In this document: positions 49,075 to 57,323 of the stretch, in pieces
Layout: each line of letters begins with the position of its first letter
How positions within the stretch are numbered: the stretch's first letter is position 1
Made by a program: the position numbers and the translations under genes
Assembly (NCBI GenBank): GCA_963726455.1
Contig: CAVSCK010000004.1
Span: 896,001 to 960,000 of the forward strand
Reading direction: 5' to 3'
Source: an uncultured bacterium
Lineage (GTDB): Bacteria; Zixibacteria; MSB-5A5; CAIYYT01
DNA: 64,000 nucleotides
Notes under the pieces: generated by a model
The model's database searches: none
What the model saw: the letters and a program-made list of their open reading frames with translations, nothing else
Told to the model about the DNA's origin: nothing

Positions 49075-52000
49075 ATGAACCAATGTAGAATTCAGCGTTG
49101 CCTCGTGATTCTGATTCTCGCCGTGCTCGCGATCTTTGTGTCGTTTGCGTACGCGGAGAAGAAGATTCCCAGCCCGATTGTAACTAACGGATCGGCTCCC
49201 GCCAATCCCAATTGGGACCTGAAAGCCCAGCAACAAGGCGATCAGTCGCATGATCCTGCCATCCAGAAAGACGAATGGGACGTTCCCAATCCGAACGATG
49301 CCGCAATTGCCCAGTCACCGGAAGGCGGTCTCGCTGTCGGCGATGATTGCTCCAATCCCATTTCGATTTCACTGCCGGCCCAACTGCCATACAGCGATCT
49401 GAGCCAGACAACTTGTGGCCGGCTGAACAACTATGACGCCACCTGTCTCGGAAACTATGACGGCGGCGAGGACATCATTTACAAAGTCGATGTCACTACC
49501 TCCACTATGATCAACATTACGCTCAACCCCAAGGGAACTACCTATACCGGTTTCCTGGTGGATGATGCCTGTCCGCCTGATCCTTCGACGTGTATCGCCA
49601 AGAGCACCAACTCCTCTTCGACGGCACACACCATAAAGAATCTCACGCTGGCCCCAGGCACCTATTACATCATGGTCGACACCTGGCCATCACCCGCCTG
49701 TATCCCCAGCTTCGATCTTTCAATAATTGCGTCTCCGCCACCGCCGGTTAATGACAACTGCGCCAGTGCCACGCCGATCGGCGACGTTTCCGGCCTGGCA
49801 TTTTCTACGCTGTACGCCAGTATCGATGGCCCCGGCGGCTTCATCTATTCGCCTAACATCTGGTATTGCTACACCGCTTCTTTGACCGGCGTGGCCACCG
49901 CCACCCTTTGCGGCTCGATGTTTGATACCAAGATTCGCGTGTGGAACGGTTGCACTTGCCCGCCCACTTCCCTACTGGCTCAAAACGACGACGGCTGTTC
50001 CGGTTATCCCACCGGCAACACTTATGCCTCAAAGTTGTCGTTCGACGTAATTGCCGGCCAAACATACCTCATCGAGGTAGGCGGCTACAGTCCCTCGCAA
50101 ATGGGCGACGGCACGATGACCATTACTTCCATCGTCCCCCCAATCGGTGATGCCTGCGCCGTGCCAATCGTTGTTGGTATGTCGCCATCCGCTTTGCCGT
50201 TTACCATCGCTAACCAGTACACTTGCGGCAGAAGCGACAACTACAACTCTACCTGTCTGGGCAGCTACGACGGCGGTGAGGATATCATCTACCGCATAGA
50301 CGTCACTCAGCCCACCTATGTCGATGTCACACTGAATCCGAAAGGAACAAGCTATACCGGATTTCTTATCGATGACGCCTGTCCGCCTGATCCAACGACC
50401 TGCTTATATGTCAAGACCAACAGCGGCAGTGCCGCCTATGGCCTGACGAATGTCTTTCTCGCCGTCGGATCGTACTACCTTATGGTCGATACCTATCCGA
50501 GCCCGGCTTGCGTTCCGGACTTCGACCTCACTTTCTCAGTACCGGTTGGCGCTCCGATGAACGATAACTGCGCTACCGCTACCGCAATCGGTAATGTCAC
50601 GGACCTGGCCTTCTCGACCGCGTCCGCCACATTCGACGGCCCCGGCGGCTATATCGTATCGCCGAACGTCTGGTACTTGTACACAGCTCCCTGCACCGGC
50701 TCGGTCGACATAAGTCTCTGTAATTCCAATTTCGATACCAAAATGCGTGTGTGGAATGGAAGTACTTGCCCGCCCACGACGGTCGCGGCTCAGGACGATG
50801 ACGGCTGCAATACTCCCAACGGCCTTGCATCGATGGTGAGTTTCGCCACGGTTGCAGGCAGCCAGTACCTGATCGAAATCGGCGGTTACGGCCAAGCCAC
50901 CGGCAATGGCTTCCTGACTACCAATTGCACGCCGGCGCCGCCAAACGATAATTGCCAGGACGTCGTTCCGGTTGACCTGTTTGCGGGTTCGCCGCTTACC
51001 TTCACCGGCGACAATCGTGGCTCCACGAATGACTGTTCGTTGCTTCTGCGCGCACAGGCCTGGCATGCCTTTACGATTACCGAGTGCATGAACGTCACCA
51101 TTGACTTCTGTTCGACAACTCCTGCCTTCGGTAGCGTGTACGTCGTCGTTATGCAGGGTTGCCCGTGCGGCAGCTACACATACGGTTCCTACGACTGGGC
51201 TGCCTGCGGCGATGGCAACGTCACCATGACGTATAGCGCCCTGATGCCGGGAACTTATTACATTCCTGTCCTGCTCGATCCGGCTTTAAACGCCGCAGGG
51301 CCGTACACGATTCACGTCAATGCTTCATCCGTGGCGTCCATGTGTTCTGCCGGCGCCACCACTTGCGATGAATACATCAGCAACGTCCAGGTCGGCACAA
51401 TCGACAACAGTTCATCCTGCGGCACGGGCGGATACACCGATTACACTTCCATCTCTACCGAGATGATCAAGGGTGTCGGCTATCCGATAACCGTAACCAA
51501 CGGCCTGCCGTACTCTCAGGATGCTTGTGGCATCTGGGTCGATTGGAATGGTGATTTCTGCATCGACGCCGGTGAGCAAGTAGCGGTCTCCGGCAACCCG
51601 GGTGGCGGCCCCTATACAGCAGTGATCAATCCTCCCTGCAATATTGCGACCGGCCCGAAATTGCTGCGCATTCGTATTCTCTACTACTCTGTACCGACCC
51701 CTTGCGGCCTGAGCGAGTATGGAGAAGTCGAAGACTACACTATTAATCTTGTTGATCCGCCAGCCGTTCCTCCGACTGCGGTCGCCATCCCTGATCCGCA
51801 GTTTGTGTATTACGAATATGCGGTCGATCCGGTCACGGACTCCTTCTACATCGGTAATTTTGCCGGTGGACACACTTTCGCGGATATCAATCTCGAGAGC
51901 GTTAAAGTCAACGGCCTGACTCCGGCCAACGTAACCGTACTTCCGAGTTATCCCGGATTCTACTGCCCCGTTGTTTGCGCCACGATGCCCTGTGCTGCCT

Positions 52001-52371
52001 TCCTGGCGCCGCTGGGCGTCCTGTACGATACGACGTCTCACACCTACCACGTATCCTGGGCATACAACGATGCAACTCGGGATTCAATTGCCGGAACTGT
52101 GACCCTGATTGGCCATACTTCCGCCTCGCCAGGTCAGTTTATTGCGCCTGCCGGAATCGTAGTCGTCCCTGGTGACTTCGATTTGTCGGGCCAGATTGAT
52201 ATCAGTGACCCAGTCGCGATGATCGGATACATTTTCAACAGCCAACCGGGACCGCAGAATCTCAGCATTGGTGATGTCAACTGCTCAGGTGGTTTCGACA
52301 TTTCCGACGTTGTCTACATGATTCAGTATATTTTCTCGGGTGGTTCCACCCTTTGTAACGCCGGGAAGTAG
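49075..52371 (+). CDS. Large secreted Cys-rich repeat protein with GEVED and C-terminal dockerin-like domains
   Basis: Signal peptide; duplicated ~270-aa unit; GEVEDY motif; twin GD.D/N.SG..DISD.V.MI.YIF repeats. Confidence 0.85.
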   Translation: MNQCRIQRCLVILILAVLAIFVSFAYAEKKIPSPIVTNGSAPANPNWDLKAQQQGDQSHDPAIQKDEWDVPNPNDAAIAQSPEGGLAVGDDCSNPISISLPAQLPYSDLSQTTCGRLNNYDATCLGNYDGGEDIIYKVDVTTSTMINITLNPKGTTYTGFLVDDACPPDPSTCIAKSTNSSSTAHTIKNLTLAPGTYYIMVDTWPSPACIPSFDLSIIASPPPPVNDNCASATPIGDVSGLAFSTLYASIDGPGGFIYSPNIWYCYTASLTGVATATLCGSMFDTKIRVWNGCTCPPTSLLAQNDDGCSGYPTGNTYASKLSFDVIAGQTYLIEVGGYSPSQMGDGTMTITSIVPPIGDACAVPIVVGMSPSALPFTIANQYTCGRSDNYNSTCLGSYDGGEDIIYRIDVTQPTYVDVTLNPKGTSYTGFLIDDACPPDPTTCLYVKTNSGSAAYGLTNVFLAVGSYYLMVDTYPSPACVPDFDLTFSVPVGAPMNDNCATATAIGNVTDLAFSTASATFDGPGGYIVSPNVWYLYTAPCTGSVDISLCNSNFDTKMRVWNGSTCPPTTVAAQDDDGCNTPNGLASMVSFATVAGSQYLIEIGGYGQATGNGFLTTNCTPAPPNDNCQDVVPVDLFAGSPLTFTGDNRGSTNDCSLLLRAQAWHAFTITECMNVTIDFCSTTPAFGSVYVVVMQGCPCGSYTYGSYDWAACGDGNVTMTYSALMPGTYYIPVLLDPALNAAGPYTIHVNASSVASMCSAGATTCDEYISNVQVGTIDNSSSCGTGGYTDYTSISTEMIKGVGYPITVTNGLPYSQDACGIWVDWNGDFCIDAGEQVAVSGNPGGGPYTAVINPPCNIATGPKLLRIRILYYSVPTPCGLSEYGEVEDYTINLVDPPAVPPTAVAIPDPQFVYYEYAVDPVTDSFYIGNFAGGHTFADINLESVKVNGLTPANVTVLPSYPGFYCPVVCATMPCAAFLAPLGVLYDTTSHTYHVSWAYNDATRDSIAGTVTLIGHTSASPGQFIAPAGIVVVPGDFDLSGQIDISDPVAMIGYIFNSQPGPQNLSIGDVNCSGGFDISDVVYMIQYIFSGGSTLCNAGK

Positions 52372-52420
52372 ATGCAGTAAGCTCTCACGGTAAGATCTAT
52401 GACCTTAGCGTCATTCTACA

Positions 52421-52462
52421 AGGCGAGTGTCCGGCAACGACCGGACTCTCGCTTTATTTTTT
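52421..52462 (+). terminator. Intrinsic terminator
   Basis: GCGAGTGTCCGG..CCGGACTCTCGC hairpin followed by TTTATTTTTT. Confidence 0.75.
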
Positions 52463-52571
52463 GATCCACTGGAACGTCACTGCGTGTCCACCGAAGTGAT
52501 AGACTCACGTCATTACGAGGAGTGCGTTTTGAAATGGAATAGTGTAGGGAGCGACGAAGCGATCTATCTGA

Positions 52572-53831
52572 CTACGAATTCTTCTTCTCGACGGCGCGGA
52601 TTTTGACGTACAACAGCAACGCCAGAAGCGCGATTATCAAGAGCGAAATCACGAGCCCCTCACGCCGGAAATAATATTCCTTCACAAGTCCCGTCGATTT
52701 GCTGCTCACCGCCTTCGCCTGGACGACTCCATCCGCAGCCAACGTCCGTACCGAATCCAGCGTGAACGCATGCACCAGCGAGCGCGACTTGACCCCTATC
52801 TGCTCGACTTCATGCAGCGCAAATTCCTCATCCGTCGTCATCATCTCGCGCTCTTTGGCCTGATTCAATTCCTGCCGCGCCGAATCGGTCGCCATTCGCA
52901 GGTTTCCCAAGAGCAACGACAGACTGTCGATCTCATACGACGCAGCATTCTTGTCGCTTTCGCTGTGGCAATTTCCGCAAATCTGGTCGGAGCCAAAGCC
53001 AATGAACGCATCCGATGGCTTCTTAATGCCGTGATTGCTATGACAGGTCTCGCACATTGGCAAACCCTGCTCGGCGAATGCCGCCTTATGCGGAGACGAC
53101 TCGTATAATCGCCCCTCAATGGCATGGCAAGTTCCGCACACCGCCGACAGGGAAGCTACTTCAGGTGGCGCCGCGCCATGGTTGCCATGGCAATCATTAC
53201 ACGCTGGCGCGCTTTGATCCTGTTTTTCGATCAGCGCTACGCCGTGAACTGACGTCCGATACAGCTCTTCCTGGTCGGTTGGAATGCCATACTCCTTCAT
53301 GTATTCTTTATCGCTGTGGCAGGTGCCGCAGGTTTTTGGCACGTTCATCGCGTACGTCGAAGCATAGGGCGACTTTGCATCGCCGATCGAGTGCGCCCGA
53401 TGGCATGACACGCACGTGGCAACCTTTCTGTCCTTGTCCGCGAACAGGCGTTTCCCATGAATTGAAGTCTTGTACTTCTCCAACTGGTCGACAGGCAGAC
53501 TCGGATTATGCTGATGCATGTACACTGGATCGGAATGACACCGCGCACAGAAGTTCGGGATATCGAGCCGGTCAGGAACACCGCGATAACCTTTGCTGGC
53601 TTTAACCGCATCCATATCCTCAAGCGTCGGATCGCCGCCGTGACAATCCGCGCACATCAGTCCGTTCTGCGAGTGAACGTCGCGTGCAAACTGATGCGCC
53701 GGCCCGTCGGCATCTTCTGTCTCCATATGACAACTCACGCATTGATTGGCCGGTGCTGCCTGTCCGGCCAAATACGCCGGTGTCAGAGTCAGGAACGCCA
53801 AAAGTGCGAAAGCAGTAGCCGCGTATCTCAT
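52572..53831 (-). CDS. Membrane-anchored multiheme cytochrome c (9 CxxCH motifs)
   Basis: Signal peptide MRYAATAFALL; CVSCH, CADCH, CARCH, CVSCH, CGTCH, CNDCH, CGTCH, CETCH, CGNCH; C-terminal TM helix. Confidence 0.92.
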   Translation of the reverse strand: MRYAATAFALLAFLTLTPAYLAGQAAPANQCVSCHMETEDADGPAHQFARDVHSQNGLMCADCHGGDPTLEDMDAVKASKGYRGVPDRLDIPNFCARCHSDPVYMHQHNPSLPVDQLEKYKTSIHGKRLFADKDRKVATCVSCHRAHSIGDAKSPYASTYAMNVPKTCGTCHSDKEYMKEYGIPTDQEELYRTSVHGVALIEKQDQSAPACNDCHGNHGAAPPEVASLSAVCGTCHAIEGRLYESSPHKAAFAEQGLPMCETCHSNHGIKKPSDAFIGFGSDQICGNCHSESDKNAASYEIDSLSLLLGNLRMATDSARQELNQAKEREMMTTDEEFALHEVEQIGVKSRSLVHAFTLDSVRTLAADGVVQAKAVSSKSTGLVKEYYFRREGLVISLLIIALLALLLYVKIRAVEKKNS

Positions 53832-54955
53832 TTGATTATGTACCCCAAAATCGTCATCACAATTATGAACAGAACTACCAGAACGCCAAACCCGGTCCAC
53901 CGTTTCGAACGCTGATTGCGCACGGACTTCTTATCCAGGAACGGAACCAGTGCCCAGAGAATTCCGCCGATCGCGAAAAAGAGCATTCCGAACTGCTCAC
54001 CCTCAATGAACAAGATCTTGGCCGGCAGAAGTTTTAGCGATTGAAACGCGAACATGAAATACCATTCCGGCCTGATCACATTCGGCGGCGGCGCCGTTGG
54101 GTCGGCCTTGTCTCCGAGCGGCCAGTGCACCATCCCGATACCGTCTGGGAATATCACCGCCAGCACCATCAGCACTTCCAGCGCAACCAGCCAAACCAGC
54201 AAATCGCGATACAGAAAATTCGGGAAGAACTTCTGATATTTCTTCTTATTGGCGTCCAGATGCTGCCATTCCAGCGGCTCACTCATTCCCTGCCGCTGCA
54301 CGAATATCAGATGCAGCGTCAAAACAATCGAAAACAGCGCCGGCAATATCGCTACATGCAATCCAAAAAATCGGCCGATTGTTGCGCCGGTGACATCCTC
54401 ACCGCCTCGCACAATGACCAACAAGTAATGTCCGATTACCGGCATCGATCCGATCATTCCCGTTCCAACGCGCGTGGCAAAGAACGAAAGCTGATTCCAT
54501 GGCAGCAGATATCCTGAGAACCCGAATGTCAACGCCAATCCAAGTAGCGCAATTCCCGTCAGCCAGGTCAACTCTCTCGGCTTGCGATACGCCTGCGTGA
54601 AGAAGGTCGTAAACATGTGCAGAAACGCGCTCAGGATCATCAGATTCGCCGACCATGAGTGCACCGATCTCATCAGCCAGCCGAACGTCACATCTGACAG
54701 AATAAACCTTACCGACTCGTACGCCGAATCGGATCCCGGTCGATAGTACATGAGTAGCAGAATTCCCGTGGCAATTTGCACGAGAAAGAAAAACAGCGTG
54801 ATGCCACCTAGATAGTACAGCGCCGAATGCCCGTGCTGCGGCACGACCTTGTGCGCCATGTACGTGCGCAGATCGTCGATCTTGAGGCGGCTATCCAGCC
54901 AATGATAAATCCGCGTTCCCCATTTGGTCTTGTCAACCGAAGCCGATGAGTTCAT
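53828..54955 (-). CDS. Cytochrome b of a Rieske/cytochrome b complex
   Basis: GWLMRSVHSWSA, HMF, FSGYLLPW, RFFGLHV...LH, PEWY motif. Confidence 0.93.
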   Translation of the reverse strand: MNSSASVDKTKWGTRIYHWLDSRLKIDDLRTYMAHKVVPQHGHSALYYLGGITLFFFLVQIATGILLLMYYRPGSDSAYESVRFILSDVTFGWLMRSVHSWSANLMILSAFLHMFTTFFTQAYRKPRELTWLTGIALLGLALTFGFSGYLLPWNQLSFFATRVGTGMIGSMPVIGHYLLVIVRGGEDVTGATIGRFFGLHVAILPALFSIVLTLHLIFVQRQGMSEPLEWQHLDANKKKYQKFFPNFLYRDLLVWLVALEVLMVLAVIFPDGIGMVHWPLGDKADPTAPPPNVIRPEWYFMFAFQSLKLLPAKILFIEGEQFGMLFFAIGGILWALVPFLDKKSVRNQRSKRWTGFGVLVVLFIIVMTILGYIIK

Positions 54956-55407
54956 GCGGCGGAACCCTTCGAAACAAAGATCGTAGTGCCTTGTTCGGTT
55001 ACCACGAAATTTTCCAGTGGACGTGGCGGCGGTCCGGAGATGTTCTTTCCATTGAGATCGTATTTGCCGTTATGGCAGGCGCACCACAGCAATCCCATAT
55101 CCGTTCGATACTGCACGGTGCATTCCAGATGCGTACATGTGGCTGACAGTGCGTGGAGCTTGCCCTGAGGATCAATGAGCACGATTCCCAACAACCTGCC
55201 AAACCGGAAGGTCTTGAACTTCTGGGGCTCGGCCTGAATCTCTGCCCGCCCGAACGGAAGTTTTACCTGGGATACATTGGCCTCGCCCGATTTGGGCGGC
55301 ACGAGGAATTTGACTACGGGATAGATCGCGGAGGCCACGAATGCGACTCCCGCTACGCCGATAAGCTTATTGAGAAATCCCCGCCGGGAAACGTTGTCGT
55401 CGTTCAT
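54952..55407 (-). CDS. Rieske 2Fe-2S subunit (Tat-exported)
   Basis: SRRGFL Tat motif; CTHLEC and CACH boxes; GPPPRPL. Confidence 0.93.
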   Translation of the reverse strand: MNDDNVSRRGFLNKLIGVAGVAFVASAIYPVVKFLVPPKSGEANVSQVKLPFGRAEIQAEPQKFKTFRFGRLLGIVLIDPQGKLHALSATCTHLECTVQYRTDMGLLWCACHNGKYDLNGKNISGPPPRPLENFVVTEQGTTIFVSKGSAA

Positions 55408-55518
55408 CGTCAGCAAATAACTAGTGTCAAAATCACAGATGCAAATAAAAAATGCTTAACGGGAGCCAGGTTTCCCAGTTTCACCGGCAGGGTTTAGAAA
55501 TACTCCGCCAGCGATTGA

Positions 55519-55650
55519 TTATCGATTATCGTTATTTCCCAGCTTGTCTGACCCTGCCTTGGAAAACAGTCCTCGGCCAACCACAAAACAAACAATGATG
55601 CCGAATACGGCAATCGCGATTGGAAACAGACCTGATAAGATCGAATCCAT
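55519..55650 (-). CDS. Small single-TM membrane protein, 43 aa
   Basis: AGGAGG RBS before ATG; MDSILSGLFPIAIAVFGIIVCFVVGRGLFSK... Confidence 0.55.
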   Translation of the reverse strand: MDSILSGLFPIAIAVFGIIVCFVVGRGLFSKAGSDKLGNNDNR

Positions 55651-56089
55651 GGCATCCTCCTGTGGAACGACTGTGCAATTATCTTTCGCTGTACTCGCGC
55701 AACTCACGCGAATCAGCGCCGACTTTCGACAATTTCAGGACCGATTCTGAGTACTCAGATCCCAGGTCTGTTGAATCACTTTCCGACTGTGAAAATGTTG
55801 GTTCTTCACAACTCGGTCGATCGACTGACTCAGGCGAGCACTTCTATTCGATAATCAAAACTTGTCTCACTTCAAACACACAGTTGTCGAGGTCAGGACA
55901 TCATGACCCAATCGAGCGCAGATCTCGCTCGCACTTCCATCTATCTTCTCTTGTCTGACCCACAGAAAGTTTATTAACCGACCCATATTACCAATCAATA
56001 CAAGATTTGTCAAGATTTTTCTTCGAACGTGCCTCACCCCCATCGTATTTCCCCGCTCACTTGCTTGTCTCTACCGTTTAAGTTAATTC

Positions 56090-56175
56090 TGCCGGAGGGG
56101 GGAATCGAACCCCCACGGGGTGTAAGCCCCGCCGGATTTTGAGTCCGGTGCGTCTACCAATTTCACCACTCCGGC
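56090..56175 (-). tRNA. tRNA-Leu (CAA), CCA not encoded
   Basis: GCCGGAG acceptor stem, CCGGA-CTCAAAA-TCCGG anticodon arm, long variable arm. Confidence 0.95.
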
Positions 56176-56329
56176 ATGCGGTCAGTTTTATAATCGTTTC
56201 TCGCCACGATGTCAAGAATTTATAGCGTGGCAATGAGGTGCGAGATCACTCCGCTTCAAAAAACTGGTTGCCTCGCTGCCTCCAATTTCATTTAATGACT
56301 GCCGCTCTTATTTGCCGGAGATTACCCTT

Positions 56330-56830
56330 ATGCCGACCAAAAAACGAACCGATTACCTGAACTGGGACGACTACTTCATGGCTGTGGCTTTGCTTTCGGC
56401 CCAGCGCAGCAAAGACCCCAGCACCCAGGTTGGCGCGTGCATCGTCAGCGCCCAAAACAAAATCGTCGGCATCGGCTATAACGGTTTTCCTATCGGCTGC
56501 TCGGATGATGAACTCCCCTGGGACCGCGAGGGTGAACCGCTGCAAACCAAATACCCTTATGTCTGCCACGCCGAGATGAACGCCATCGTCAACAGCACCA
56601 TGGCTGACCTCTCCGGCTGCCGCATGTATGTCAGTCTGTTCCCCTGCAACGAATGCGCGAAGTTGATAATTCAGATCGGTATTAAGAAAGTCGTTTACCT
56701 CAGCGACAAGTACGCCGACAACCATCTCTTCGCTGCGGCCCGCAAGATGTTCAACATGGCCGGCATTGCCACCGAGAAACTCACTCCCAAATGCGACAGC
56801 ATTCTCCTCGACTTCAAGTCGTTTCTCTAG
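56330..56830 (+). CDS. dCMP deaminase family protein
   Basis: WDDYFM..A.L...[31 protein letters not shown]. Confidence 0.93.
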   Translation: MPTKKRTDYLNWDDYFMAVALLSAQRSKDPSTQVGACIVSAQNKIVGIGYNGFPIGCSDDELPWDREGEPLQTKYPYVCHAEMNAIVNSTMADLSGCRMYVSLFPCNECAKLIIQIGIKKVVYLSDKYADNHLFAAARKMFNMAGIATEKLTPKCDSILLDFKSFL

Positions 56831-56833
56831 ATC

Positions 56834-56997
56834 TCTGTGCGACAAGTGTTCCTTCCCTCTCCCTTTGGGAGAGGGACAGAGGGTGAGGGCGCACATCTCA
56901 TCACTAGCGAAAATCGTTCTGGTTTTGCGGTGACTATATATCTGTGCGATAAGTGTTCCTTCCCTCTCCCTTTGGGAGAGGGACAGATGGTGAGGGC
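56834..56997. repeat. Two 57-bp direct copies of a REP-like palindromic element
   Basis: 56834-56890 and 56941-56997 differ at 2 positions; core palindrome CCCTCTCCC-TTT-GGGAGAGGG followed by GGTGAGGG. Confidence 0.85.
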
Positions 56998-57042
56998 ATG
57001 TGCGTCTACTGATTCTGATCTGATTTTGCGGTGATTATATAA

Positions 57043-57124
57043 TGGAGGGGGGAGGATTCGAACCTCCGAAGGCATCGCCGACAGATTTACAGTCTGTTCC
57101 CTTTGACCGCTCGGGAACCCCTCC
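57043..57124 (-). tRNA. tRNA-Tyr (GTA)
   Basis: GGAGGGG acceptor stem, ACAGA-CTGTAAA-TCTGT anticodon arm, long variable arm. Confidence 0.95.
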
Positions 57125-57323
57125 AAATCGACGGGCAGTGAATATAAGCGTTCTGCCACTCGGCGCAACAGTTTTTTCGCCTTCACAATCGATTCATGCA
57201 CTGCCATCGCGGATTGCGTGACCTGAAACATTAACTTGAAGATTGCGGTCTTAGATAAGACAACTGTTATTTCGCCATGCATCGAAAATGACAATATCAT
57301 TTCACAAATATCCCGGAGGAATC

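Noticed and set aside
52508-52566. GTCATTACGAGGAG...CGACGAAGCGATCT, resembling a degenerate palindromic repeat element
   Set aside because: Single degenerate copy in the window; cannot be supported without a genome-wide search
56834-56997. CRISPR array
   Set aside because: Only two units, 57-bp repeats, no cas genes; fits REP-like elements
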